Shown here in pieces: positions 1 through 8,673 of a stretch of 20,000 nt of DNA. The stretch lies in IMG/VR virus record IMGVR_UViG_3300046007_012347. One strand, given 5' to 3'. The DNA comes from an uncultured virus (IMG/VR IMGVR_UViG_3300046007_012347) (taxonomy: Duplodnaviria; Heunggongvirae; Uroviricota; Caudoviricetes). Under the pieces are notes generated by a model that made no database searches, had not been told where the DNA came from, and saw only the letters and a program-made list of their open reading frames with translations. The stretch's first letter is position 1. Every line of letters begins with the position of its first letter. The position numbers were made by a program, and so were the translations under genes.

Positions 1-2
1 AG

Positions 3-128
3 CTTCAGGAGCGCGATCTAGAAGCTGCTGATGAGCTGCTTGGTGAAGCTGCTGAAGCCGTTACGCAGTTCGCAATGAAGCAGCAATCCGCTCAAGCCAA
101 AAAGTTTCCTTGGCCGTTTGGGTGGTAA
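3..128 (+). CDS. 3' end of a gene truncated by the window edge (LQERDLEAADELLGEAAEAVTQFAMKQQSAQAKKFPWPFGW*)
   Basis: Manually read open frame from base 3 to TAA at 126-128; overlaps the convergent nuclease gene by 68 bp. Confidence 0.55.
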   Translation, partial: LQERDLEAADELLGEAAEAVTQFAMKQQSAQAKKFPWPFGW

Positions 129-423
129 GAAGAAACACTTTCCAGCCGCCAATGGTGGCAAGATTAAACTTGCGGGCATCACGCTCGTAGCCCGAGCCAG
201 TCACATGCCTGCCTCGGCTGAAAGTGCCCCCTTGAATTTCAATGAGGGAGCGGGAGGGCAGATGAGCGAAATCTGCCCTGTAACGTTTTGAACGCTTGCT
301 TTTTGCATAGCGCTCCTGAAAATCAGCTTCCCAAGCTTCTACATCGCTGAATTCCCGGATCAATGGGAGATCGGGATAATGAGCTTGCCAAAGCCCGAGA
401 AACTGATCTTCGAGAGCGCTCAT
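61..423 (-). CDS. DUF559/Vsr-like PD-(D/E)xK endonuclease
   Basis: Motifs SALE at the N-terminus, YRADFA...LIEIQGG, GRH...YERDARKFN...GWKV typical of phage Vsr/DUF559-like nucleases. Confidence 0.75.
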   Translation of the reverse strand: MSALEDQFLGLWQAHYPDLPLIREFSDVEAWEADFQERYAKSKRSKRYRADFAHLPSRSLIEIQGGTFSRGRHVTGSGYERDARKFNLATIGGWKVFLLTTQTAKETFWLERIAASLRTA

Positions 424-461
424 GAATTCATAATCAATTCTTCATACGATAAGAAGAAAAA

Positions 462-815
462 CTATTTGACAGATTGAAACCCGATGTCATAACGCAATTC
501 TTCAAGATTGCTCTCGACAAGCGACACACAAATGTCTCCTCGTGAAATCAGAGAGCCCATTGCACAATACACTCTCAACTCTTGAATTTTTTGAGAAAGA
601 ATAATGAGTTCATCTTCGGTGAAACCTTCTTCTTTTCGGGCGGCCATAAGACTGAGAGCGGATGCCTCCATGAGGCTCTCAGCGCCTTGTTCGGAGCGAT
701 GAAATTCTAAAGGAGCATTCCACCATTTTTTTAGCGCATTGGCGGCATCAATAACGGTAATGGGATTGCCGCCGTTTGGATACCAGCGCTCTTGAACAGA
801 AGCAGAAACGGTCAT
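462..815 (-). CDS. hypothetical protein
   Basis: 117 aa ATG ORF co-oriented in the operon. Confidence 0.65.
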   Translation of the reverse strand: MTVSASVQERWYPNGGNPITVIDAANALKKWWNAPLEFHRSEQGAESLMEASALSLMAARKEEGFTEDELIILSQKIQELRVYCAMGSLISRGDICVSLVESNLEELRYDIGFQSVK

Positions 816-846
816 GATGCTAAAGGCTTGAAAAGACGGTGGTTAA

Positions 847-1431
847 TTAGACGGCAGCAAAAGCCACTTTGGCTTGCTGATTCTGGTATTTGCCATTGCC
901 ATAGGCGCTTCCCACTTCACTATCAAGCCGGTGGAAGGTCACTTGGACAATGCCTTCATTGGCATAAATGCGAACTGGAAAAGCCAGGGGATTGACAATA
1001 CAAATAGTGAGATGGCCAGACCAGCCAGGCTCAATTGGCGTAACGTTAATGATGGTACCTTGCCGGGCATACGTGCTTTTGCCGTCCGTGATCCCCATGA
1101 TGTTAGACGGCATTGTCAGCAGCTCCACACTCACGCCAAGAGCGTAGGAGAACGGAGGCAGCACGAAGAACGTAGAGCCATTCTCTTCGATGGGAGAAGC
1201 CTCGTACATTAGCTCCTTGTTGAAAGCCTTCACATCCAGCGCTTCTACAGGCTTGCTGTTGTTGATGACCATGAAACCCTTCGGGGAAAGGCGGAGGTCA
1301 TATCCGGCATGGCTCAGTCCGTATGAGAGGGCTTTCGTGCCATTGTCAAGCTCTCTGGTTTTCTCCCCGACGAAAGGAAAAATAATATCATTTTCAGCAA
1401 GAATGCTGATTTCCTTGTCATTAAGAAGCAT
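847..1431 (-). CDS. dcd: dCTP deaminase family (trimeric dUTPase fold) protein; atypical active site
   Basis: LSYGLSHAGYDLRL, GKSTYAR, NVTPIEPGWSG, IYANEGIVQ and GKYQNQ motifs; start placed at MLLND (ATG 1431, preceded by tttaaaacc). Confidence 0.88.
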   Translation of the reverse strand: MLLNDKEISILAENDIIFPFVGEKTRELDNGTKALSYGLSHAGYDLRLSPKGFMVINNSKPVEALDVKAFNKELMYEASPIEENGSTFFVLPPFSYALGVSVELLTMPSNIMGITDGKSTYARQGTIINVTPIEPGWSGHLTICIVNPLAFPVRIYANEGIVQVTFHRLDSEVGSAYGNGKYQNQQAKVAFAAV

Positions 1432-1440
1432 GGTTTTAAA

Positions 1441-1466
1441 GAAAAGAAAAGGGCGCATTAGCGCCC
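1441..1466 (-). terminator. intrinsic terminator-like hairpin between the SSB-like gene and dcd
   Basis: Minus strand gggcgc-taat-gcgccc followed by ttttcttttc. Confidence 0.55.
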
Positions 1467-1488
1467 CAGTGAACAATAAGAAAAGGCT

Positions 1489-1758
1489 TCAGAAGGGATC
1501 GTCGGAAAAGCTTTGCTTGGCCTTATTGCCGTTGTCCCACATCGAAGCGTAAGCCTTGGGAGAGTTGTCAAGTTTGTTGACAGTCACTTGCCCTTTGAAA
1601 TGGGGGGCGGTGTCCTTGTCGCGCTTGTCATTGTCCCAAAGAGCAAAACGCAGGGAATAGTTTCCTTGGGGGTTGGTGCCTGCCTTCTTCATGGCATTGA
1701 GGATGTCGGGGGTGAGATCGACGGTGCCAGAGAAAGCGGGAGAGTTGCCAGCGGGCAT
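1489..1758 (-). CDS. putative single-stranded DNA-binding protein (DUF736-like)
   Basis: 89 aa beta-rich protein, WDNDKRDKDTAPHFKG motif, acidic-aromatic tail SDDPF, adjacent to the exonuclease. Confidence 0.55.
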   Translation of the reverse strand: MPAGNSPAFSGTVDLTPDILNAMKKAGTNPQGNYSLRFALWDNDKRDKDTAPHFKGQVTVNKLDNSPKAYASMWDNGNKAKQSFSDDPF

Positions 1759-1830
1759 TGAGTGGTCCTCAGAGGAGTGTAGTAAGCCCTGGAAGGGGCA
1801 TCAGAAGCATAGCGCTATGGACAGAGGGGG

Positions 1831-2595
1831 TCAAGCCCCACGGTCCATAGAAATCATTAAGGGCTTTCTGCCGGGGTAGTGCTCAAAGAAGAACTGCTGC
1901 ACCTTCTGAACCATGATGCCTGCCTGCATCGCAAGCTCTCCTGCTGAAAGGCTCACGATTTGCGCTTCTTGGGAATGGCCAGTATCAGGATCATGAATGG
2001 CAATGGCACAATGCGCTTCATTCACTTCGATGTCATACATCTGTTCAATGGCTTGCACATAAGCGCCAAGTTGCATTCGATAATCGGCTAGCTGTGTATC
2101 AGGCTTTTCTTTGTAGCTCGTCTTCCAATCCAGCAAAGCATATTGCCCGCTGTTCATTTTGGCGAGCATATCAAAGGTGCCTGAATAGCCAATTTCCTGC
2201 GCAGGATCGTACCAGGCAATGGCACTTTCGACGAGCAATGGACTATCAACGCGCTCAAGGAAACCAACAATGCTCTCAAAATAAGGCACGTAGTTTTCGT
2301 GAGAATCAAGATGCTCTTGAATGTCTTCACCGTTCCAGAAATCTTCTAGAACACCGTGAAGCCAATTGCCTCGATCCACAGCATTACGAGTGCGACGATT
2401 AGCTTCTTCATTGCCCACCTTTTTGCGCCAATTCATTAACGCTGCAATTTTGCCAGGGGGAGAACACGCGCTCGCAATAGTCGTCACAGAAGGCAAAACA
2501 AACCCTTCTGGAACATTTGGAAAATCGTTCAGCAGATAGTAACGCTTTTTCTGAATTTGGAGCCGATTGGGTTCGTAGCGGGGAAACGCTGGCAT
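1831..2595 (-). CDS. PD-(D/E)xK exonuclease (cyanophage exonuclease/MGME1-like)
   Basis: PSVTTI, WRKKVG.EEANR, RG..LH, GTFDM...LLDWKTS and QLGAY motifs; start placed at MPAF (2595). Confidence 0.85.
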   Translation of the reverse strand: MPAFPRYEPNRLQIQKKRYYLLNDFPNVPEGFVLPSVTTIASACSPPGKIAALMNWRKKVGNEEANRRTRNAVDRGNWLHGVLEDFWNGEDIQEHLDSHENYVPYFESIVGFLERVDSPLLVESAIAWYDPAQEIGYSGTFDMLAKMNSGQYALLDWKTSYKEKPDTQLADYRMQLGAYVQAIEQMYDIEVNEAHCAIAIHDPDTGHSQEAQIVSLSAGELAMQAGIMVQKVQQFFFEHYPGRKPLMISMDRGA

Positions 2596-2633
2596 TTGGA
2601 GGGAGGCAAGGCATAGATCGTAACAGGCCATGT

Positions 2634-2843
2634 TTAGTCATGGCTTGAGATGTGGGAACTCAGTTCGTATTCAAGATCGAAAGCTTTGTCGCCTACGCTT
2701 TGAATGTCGGTTTCAAGTTCACCCAAGAAGTTCAAAAGCTTTTCAATACTTACGCCATTTTCTCCCATTAAGCACTCAGCCATAATGCGCCCAACAGGTG
2801 ACAACAATGTGGAGCTGAGTACTGTTTCTTTGTTAGTTTTCAT
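2634..2843 (-). CDS. hypothetical protein
   Basis: ATG (MKTNK) overlaps the upstream stop as ATGA; 69 aa. Confidence 0.6.
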   Translation of the reverse strand: MKTNKETVLSSTLLSPVGRIMAECLMGENGVSIEKLLNFLGELETDIQSVGDKAFDLEYELSSHISSHD

Positions 2844-3160
2844 TTCTCGTTCATGTCCCAGAAATATTCGCAGCCATCTTCCGTGCAAGGCGGCGTTGCA
2901 AAATAACTCTGGAAGCGATTAGCGGGCGCCATGTAACGCCAGCAATTTTCCTTGACAGGGCATTCGTTGCCCTGACACATTGCAATATCAGGCATGAGAA
3001 TAGTTCGTGCAGTTTGATAAAGGAACAAGCGATCAGCCAGAGGATGTTCAGCAATAGCGTGCAGAACAGCAGCAATACGACGATCACTGCTAAGCGTATC
3101 GTCAGGAAAGCTCCAGAACGCTTCATGGCAAGCATCAATCAGAGAGCGATGATTGCGCAC
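2840..3160 (-). CDS. hypothetical protein with a C-terminal Cys-rich module (MPDIAMC..CP...CWRY...C..FW)
   Basis: Open frame; GTG start at 3160 is uncertain; internal ATG at 2995 begins a 51 aa Cys-rich unit. Confidence 0.55.
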   Translation of the reverse strand: MRNHRSLIDACHEAFWSFPDDTLSSDRRIAAVLHAIAEHPLADRLFLYQTARTILMPDIAMCQGNECPVKENCWRYMAPANRFQSYFATPPCTEDGCEYFWDMNEK

Positions 3161-3347
3161 GCTTTTCTTCCATTGTTTCGTATTCTTCAACCATGGTCGC
3201 CATTGCAGCCATTATCGAAGTTTCAAAGAAACCACAGGCCAAGACAAACTGTTTGAAATGCTCGACGATTTCAGGGCAGTAGATGTTGTGGAACGAATAG
3301 GAAACTTTTGTTTCTCCTTCTTCGTAAAGAAAAGTGAAACGGCTCAT
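3135..3347 (-). CDS. hypothetical protein (MSRFTFLYEE...FKQFVLACGF)
   Basis: ATGA-coupled to the upstream small ORF; 70 aa. Confidence 0.65.
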   Translation of the reverse strand: MSRFTFLYEEGETKVSYSFHNIYCPEIVEHFKQFVLACGFFETSIMAAMATMVEEYETMEEKRAQSSLSD

Positions 3348-3484
3348 GGGACTATCAAGGAAAGGATTGCCAGAATTGACAGAGCAAGGATCAAGCATGT
3401 GAAAGTGATGAGAAGGAATAAGCCAAGCGGATCATTCGCCAAATAGGGCGGGAGGAAGCTCAGTAACGGGACAGTCATCATCAT
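3344..3484 (-). CDS. small membrane protein, 46 aa (not in ORF track)
   Basis: Manual translation MMMTVPLLSFLPPYLANDPLGLFLLITFTCLILALSILAILSLIVP*; one hydrophobic helix; ATGA overlap with the next gene. Confidence 0.55.
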   Translation of the reverse strand: MMMTVPLLSFLPPYLANDPLGLFLLITFTCLILALSILAILSLIVP

Positions 3485-3535
3485 CAATGCAAACAATGCC
3501 AGCAAAGGCCCGCGCTAGGCGGGCCGCTGCCAGAT

Positions 3536-4474
3536 CTACTGCTTTTTTGCCACGAAAGCTTTCATGCCTTCAATGATGGCAGTAGTGTCTTCAAGCCCAC
3601 GAACAAGGGAAATCTCCTCTGTCATTTCAGCTTTGCCGATGACAATTTCCTGCTCCTTTGCCCATAGGGTCATCATTGCTGCGACGACGTTTCCGAAGGC
3701 TTGCCAGCTTTTGATTTCTGTGGCACGAGCAAGTCCAATACTTTCAAGAGCAGCTTTGCCTGCAGCCATAGCAGCTTTCTCGTCGGCATAGTTCAAAGGA
3801 TTGGCTTTGCACACTGCTGTGAGAGAAGCTTTTGCGTCGAAGGGCTCAGCGGACCCTGTATCAGCGGTGGCAACAGGCCCCTCGCTTCCAGCAGCAGTAG
3901 CGCTTTCTTTAGGGGCAGTCTTCGTGCGTGCAGACGTCTTGATCGTGTCCTGCTGCAGCTTTGGCGCTTCTTCCTTGGGGATGTCCTCTCCGGCATAGAG
4001 CCGAAGACCAAGGCCCGTGAACGTAGCGATGGCTTTGACGCTGGCACGTTGGATGTTGTCGCTGATTGCACGACCATCGAGCTGTTGAATGGAATTGTGC
4101 TTCCTGTCCATCACGGGGAAGACAAGCGCAGGAGTGCGACGCACGCCGTCCGTGAGATAGGGGCGAAGGATGAACGCACCAGGTTCGCCGAACACGGGCC
4201 ATCCAATGGTCTTCTCTTCAAACGCCACGAACAGCGTTGGGAAATGCTCCTTCAGATAGCGGAAGGCAAAAGGCCACGACAGATAGGAAAGACCTTTGTA
4301 GTCCTTCTCAATGTGAGGGCCGATGTCGGGCGTGTCATAGGCAGCACGAAAAGCTTCTGCAGTGATTTCCAGTGGGGTGAAAATACCAAGAGCGCGTTCT
4401 GTCATTGCTTGTTTTGCGGAGTCTTCCATGCTGGAAAAGTCGGAGGGGGAATAAGTAAGAAAGGTGTGGTTCAT
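3536..4474 (-). CDS. Sak3/DUF1071-family single-strand annealing protein with Ala/Thr-rich linker and C-terminal extension
   Basis: GLSYLSW, PVMD..HN, QRASVKAIA..GLGLRLYAGEDIP motifs characteristic of DUF1071. Confidence 0.82.
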   Translation of the reverse strand: MNHTFLTYSPSDFSSMEDSAKQAMTERALGIFTPLEITAEAFRAAYDTPDIGPHIEKDYKGLSYLSWPFAFRYLKEHFPTLFVAFEEKTIGWPVFGEPGAFILRPYLTDGVRRTPALVFPVMDRKHNSIQQLDGRAISDNIQRASVKAIATFTGLGLRLYAGEDIPKEEAPKLQQDTIKTSARTKTAPKESATAAGSEGPVATADTGSAEPFDAKASLTAVCKANPLNYADEKAAMAAGKAALESIGLARATEIKSWQAFGNVVAAMMTLWAKEQEIVIGKAEMTEEISLVRGLEDTTAIIEGMKAFVAKKQ

Positions 4475-4662
4475 TCTTCAGGAAAAGCGAAACGCCAATC
4501 AAGAAGATACTCTTCGCTTTCTTCGTCAAACGAAAGATTTAGTCCAATCACGGCCACGCCAGTATCAGAAAGGAAGCAATCAAGACAATGAGCCACATTA
4601 AAGTCCAATTCTTTCATGCGAGCATGAAGCTCGGAAGTAGTGAGATTGGGCATTTCCATCAT
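4471..4662 (-). CDS. hypothetical protein
   Basis: 63 aa, 4-bp overlaps with both neighbours. Confidence 0.6.
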   Translation of the reverse strand: MMEMPNLTTSELHARMKELDFNVAHCLDCFLSDTGVAVIGLNLSFDEESEEYLLDWRFAFPEE

Positions 4663-4934
4663 CCCAAATGCGCCATTGCTTTATAGCCGAAGCCAGAAGG
4701 ATTGTATTCGCCATACATAATGACAAACATCTTGCTTGGGCTCTCATTCTTCGTGATGAGGCTGTCACCAGGCAGTGGCCAATCGTTGATCACCCTCACA
4801 TCAGTGGGATCCTCCAAGCACTCAGGATCGTAATTCTCAGAAATCACGCCTTCCTCCCAAAGCAGCTTCACTTCCGTGTCGGCGTGCTCCAGAAGGAAAT
4901 CTTCACAAGCAAGCTTAAGCTCTGAAACCTTCAT
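4659..4934 (-). CDS. hypothetical protein (MKVSELK...)
   Basis: 91 aa acidic ORF coupled within the operon. Confidence 0.65.
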   Translation of the reverse strand: MKVSELKLACEDFLLEHADTEVKLLWEEGVISENYDPECLEDPTDVRVINDWPLPGDSLITKNESPSKMFVIMYGEYNPSGFGYKAMAHLG

Positions 4935-5157
4935 AATCCTCAATTTCGGAAACGATGGAATGGTCTTCAACTAAAGAGAAAGCACCGTCACAAAGAACTG
5001 TGTTTCCTTCCCATGGAGAAGTGGTGCGAATGAGACGCTCCACTGTCTCACTAAGGCTCAATCGTGCTTCATGGGCAATGTTCTTGAGATGAGCGTAGGC
5101 AGTGTCAGTGAGAGTGAAGTGGCGACTTTTCTTGGGCTCGCCGTGGTCAACGGTCAT
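4915..5157 (-). CDS. ribbon-helix-helix (CopG-like) DNA-binding protein
   Basis: KKSRHFTLTDTAYAHLKNIAHEARLSLSETVERLIR fits the RHH strand-helix-helix pattern; first gene of the operon. Confidence 0.65.
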   Translation of the reverse strand: MTVDHGEPKKSRHFTLTDTAYAHLKNIAHEARLSLSETVERLIRTTSPWEGNTVLCDGAFSLVEDHSIVSEIEDYEGFRA

Positions 5158-5365
5158 AGAACAAAGGGCCGAGGAGGTAGCCGATGCTGAAGCCAATAAT
5201 GGCGGCCAGCCAAAGCTCCATGGTTTTGCCTTGCGAGGGACATGGCCAATATAGCCGTTATGGCCAGCCCGTCAAGGCTCAGCAACAGAAGAGCTCGTTA
5301 AGAATTGTGAACGCCTTGCAGCAGCAGGATTCTGGTGCTAGAACGGCCCCATCTCACCTCTCTCC

Positions 5366-7414
5366 ATGGCCTTCTCCATCCTTGACCACCTTGAGCAACT
5401 GGAGCCAAGTAACGAGCCAGGGAAATACCACTGCCCTGCATGCGGTGGCAACGATTTCACAATCAATAAGAACACTGAGGCGTACAACTGCTGGCACGAC
5501 ACCAGCCCTGCTCACCGCGCTGAAATCCGTGATGCACTAGCTCCTCTCACCAGATGGGAGAAGCCGTCTCGTGAAGCCGGCAACTATTCGTTTGTCTACA
5601 AAAATAACCATGGAAAGGAAGTGGTTATTGTTCATCGTGATGACACTTCAGGCTCTAAAAAGATTTGGCAAGACTTTCCTACTATTGACAAAAATGAGAA
5701 GGGCCATAAAACCCAACTCAAGGAAATCAAGGCAAATGTTCTCCCCTATCGTTACGACGATGCAATAGCAAAGAGCGAAGAAACAGGTCTGCCCATTTTC
5801 ATTGTTGAAGGCGAACTCACCTGCGAAGCAGTGTGGATGCTCGACATTCCCTGTATCACGTTTCTCGGGGGCAGCAAACAATATCGCACCAATGGTGACT
5901 ATTCGAGCCTATTCCGCAACAGGAAGCTTGTGCTCTGTCCTGATCGCGACGAACAGGGCGTTGCCTTCATGGCAGAAATTGCCAATGATAATCCTGGGGC
6001 AAGTTGGCTTTATGCAGATCCTCGTTCATGGGAATGGGGCAATCTTCCTTCAGGGAATGGCTACGACTTAGGCGACTACATCGAAGAAGGCGTCACCAAA
6101 GACGATCTCCTTTCCTCCATTGTTTCCAAAAGCAGGCACCAAGGGCAAGATGGTAAGCCTGCCTATGAGGAGATCATTGCCACCATCGAAAATTTTGTTG
6201 GTCTCTATGCCAATGACTCTCGCATTGCTTACGAAACCAGCAATTGGCTAGAGCAACGTGGCGTAAAGATGAGCCAGCAGAATGTTGACAAGATTATCGC
6301 TGAAGCCAAAGACCGCATCTATGGCAGAGAAGAGCTTGAAAGTATTGATGCCCTTTCCATTGCTAATGCCGACAAAGCCCGTGAATGGCTCATTGCTGGC
6401 ATCATCCCTTTGGGTAGCGTCACGCTCCTTGCTGCAGGTGGTGGCACTGGTAAATCAACTGTGGCTTACAATTGGGCTCTTCATATTGGTCTTGGCACAA
6501 AATGGAGCGGACGCCGTTGCATGAAAGGCAAAACTTTGGTCTGCCAAAGCGATGAACCCCTGATTGACACCAGCGAAAAGCTTTCCGTGATTGGCTATCA
6601 AGACACTCCGCTGGCGCCTGGCACCATTGAATTTTGGGAAACCTGGCGCTTTGCCCACATGAAACAGCTCGAAGACTACGTGAGAAAGGAGCGCCCACTG
6701 TTCGTAGTGATCGATAGTCTCACTGCTTGCCTTGCTGGCATGGACGTGGATATGGTGAAGAGCAATGCAGGTGACGTCATTTATGGCTTGCGCGATCTCG
6801 CCAACACCTATCGCTGCTCCATCCTTATCCTCCACCACCTCAACAAGAACGGAGGCCTCCGCGATTCAACTAGCTTCGTGGACAACGTGAGTGAAGTGGT
6901 GAAGCTCACTCGTTCTGAAAGCTTCGATCCAAATGAATTTATGCTCGAATGGATGAAGAGCCGGAGTGGTCTCACGGGCAAGCACGTACTGAAGCGCGAC
7001 AATCTCACCTATGGCTGGCATTACGCTGGGCCGCTTGGTGGTTCCTTGGAAGAGCTTGATCGCGTGGTAAACGTAGTGGAGATGCGAAAGACAGAGCGCT
7101 TCACTAAGCAACAAGTGGCTGGGCTATCAGGAAGCTTTGAAACTGGCCCTACGGGCAAGATGCTGGAAGTGGCCAGGAGGCAAGGCTTGATTAGCAGCAG
7201 CTTTGTTGTTGGTCCCAATGGGGAACGCGAGCGTCTCTACCATTCGTGGGACTACGTTGAGCCTGAGCTTGATTTTCAGGAAGTTTCAACAGAAGCTGAA
7301 AAGGAGCCTGACAATGAAATTCCCGTTCAGGAACAAGCTCCGCAAGAAGAGCCTATTCCCATGGTGACAAATGAAAATCTTCCCGCAAGGGAAGACGAGG
7401 ACGACTGGTTCTAA
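5366..7414 (+). CDS. DNA primase-helicase (Zn finger + TOPRIM + RecA-like AAA_25 helicase)
   Basis: CPACGG...CWHD zinc ribbon; IVEGE and PDRD TOPRIM motifs; Walker A GGGTGKST; Walker B VVIDSL; ILHHLNK; acidic tail EDEDDWF. Confidence 0.9.
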   Translation: MAFSILDHLEQLEPSNEPGKYHCPACGGNDFTINKNTEAYNCWHDTSPAHRAEIRDALAPLTRWEKPSREAGNYSFVYKNNHGKEVVIVHRDDTSGSKKIWQDFPTIDKNEKGHKTQLKEIKANVLPYRYDDAIAKSEETGLPIFIVEGELTCEAVWMLDIPCITFLGGSKQYRTNGDYSSLFRNRKLVLCPDRDEQGVAFMAEIANDNPGASWLYADPRSWEWGNLPSGNGYDLGDYIEEGVTKDDLLSSIVSKSRHQGQDGKPAYEEIIATIENFVGLYANDSRIAYETSNWLEQRGVKMSQQNVDKIIAEAKDRIYGREELESIDALSIANADKAREWLIAGIIPLGSVTLLAAGGGTGKSTVAYNWALHIGLGTKWSGRRCMKGKTLVCQSDEPLIDTSEKLSVIGYQDTPLAPGTIEFWETWRFAHMKQLEDYVRKERPLFVVIDSLTACLAGMDVDMVKSNAGDVIYGLRDLANTYRCSILILHHLNKNGGLRDSTSFVDNVSEVVKLTRSESFDPNEFMLEWMKSRSGLTGKHVLKRDNLTYGWHYAGPLGGSLEELDRVVNVVEMRKTERFTKQQVAGLSGSFETGPTGKMLEVARRQGLISSSFVVGPNGERERLYHSWDYVEPELDFQEVSTEAEKEPDNEIPVQEQAPQEEPIPMVTNENLPAREDEDDWF

Positions 7415-7500
7415 CTGTCTCGCAATAGGAGGGAGGCTCTAACACAGCCTCCCCGCTGCCTACCGTAGCGGACAGCTTTCTTCAGTATAGACCAAGAAGA

Positions 7501-7520
7501 AAGGGGCCATCAGGCCCCTT
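7501..7520. terminator. bidirectional terminator hairpin
   Basis: aaggggcc-atca-ggcccctt flanked by A-rich (left) and T-rich (right) tracts between convergent ORFs. Confidence 0.65.
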
Positions 7521-7528
7521 TGTTTTAC

Positions 7529-7687
7529 CTACTTGCGCTTGCCTTTGAAGCTTTGAGCGTCTATCAGTTTTTGGAATTCCTCCTCTTCTTTGCCTTTACC
7601 ATAAAGCCAAGCCCTAGTGCTCTGACCAGGCTTCGGACCATTCGGTGGCAGCTTGACGATTTTGTAATCCTTGAATTCTTCGTTCAT
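7529..7687 (-). CDS. small basic hypothetical protein (MNEEFKDYKIVKLPP...)
   Basis: 52 aa ORF ending just before the terminator. Confidence 0.5.
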   Translation of the reverse strand: MNEEFKDYKIVKLPPNGPKPGQSTRAWLYGKGKEEEEFQKLIDAQSFKGKRK

Positions 7688-7971
7688 AGTGCAATCCACG
7701 ACAGAGCGGGCAGTGAAGCTGAGGGATGAGACGAGGGTCGCTGTATTTGTGATTGACCAGCCATTCAGTGATGGCTTCCTTGTCCATGGGAAAATCGGAT
7801 GGGGCAATGCCATCATGCCGCCGACCAGATCCGTCTCCGTTTGCCCTGTGCCAGAACAAGAAGCTGCACAAGCCTGCTTGATTTTGGCTCAAACTCCCTT
7901 TACCCTCACCACAGGTCTAGCCAAGTGTCGCAAGCCCATCAGCGATGGCTCCTTAGCGCATAGGCATGGCC

Positions 7972-8117
7972 AGCCAGAGCTAGCGTAGCCCCCAAGGGCG
8001 GAGCGTTCATTCATAAGGCCAAGATCACCTATCAACAACGATCAAAGCCAAACGATGCCCAAAACCTCCGCAATGCCGCTCTAGCCAGAGTGGAGCCCCC
8101 CAAGGGCGTAACGTTCA
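7972..8117. repeat. imperfect direct repeat pair (agccagag...gcccccaagggcg.a.cgttca)
   Basis: Copies at 7972-8009 and 8083-8117 in the spacer downstream of the primase-helicase. Confidence 0.7.
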
Positions 8118-8186
8118 GACAAAAGGCATAGGAAACCTTCAACTGAACAAAATACGCTTAACATTGCAAAGGAAACTTCCAGCGCA

Positions 8187-8423
8187 ATGCTTCTCCCGCC
8201 TAAGCCCGTAGATAAACTCCCTCTGTTGGAGCACAATGGAGCAGAAATTCTGCCTATTGTTCATCACGGTTTTTCAAAGCCTGCTAAAGGACAACAACCA
8301 GCATCACGAACGCTCTATGGGGCCCGTGATAATAATGGAGAGCGCCATTGGCGCTCTAGCTTGCACGAAATCCAGCAATTGATTGATAGTGGTTTCGCAG
8401 TGCAGGAGCAGGTAAATGCGTGA
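8187..8423 (+). CDS. hypothetical protein
   Basis: 78 aa ATG ORF overlapping the next gene. Confidence 0.65.
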   Translation: MLLPPKPVDKLPLLEHNGAEILPIVHHGFSKPAKGQQPASRTLYGARDNNGERHWRSSLHEIQQLIDSGFAVQEQVNA

Positions 8424-8631
8424 ATTCTGCACCAACCCCAAGGATTGCATGGCTCTCGCTTACGAGCGTGAAGCTGAGCATGAAATGGACCCTCGCGGAC
8501 TAGACGCTGCCTATGCAGAAATCGTCGATAGCTTCCACAAAGAAATGGAAGAATTCGTCCGAAAGTACTGCCCCAAAAAGCTGAACGATTTTGACGATTT
8601 GTTAGAAAAAGCCTTCTGGCAGTATCATTGA
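8416..8631 (+). CDS. hypothetical protein
   Basis: 71 aa ATG ORF with ggag upstream; followed by a hairpin at about 8644-8662. Confidence 0.65.
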   Translation: MREFCTNPKDCMALAYEREAEHEMDPRGLDAAYAEIVDSFHKEMEEFVRKYCPKKLNDFDDLLEKAFWQYH

Positions 8632-8673
8632 TCGAGGGGAAACGGGGCGCTTGGTGCGCCCCTTTGCTTAGCT

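Noticed and set aside
1831..2595. Cas4 as part of a CRISPR system
   Set aside because: Lacks the four-Cys Fe-S pattern of Cas4 and sits in a recombination operon with no cas genes or array
3701..4591. 296 aa plus-strand ORF
   Set aside because: Antisense shadow of the well-supported DUF1071 gene; no recognisable motifs
7614..7892. Minus-strand ORF with a CPLC motif
   Set aside because: Overlaps the 7529-7687 ORF by 74 bp in another frame and has only one Cys pair; cannot be supported from sequence alone
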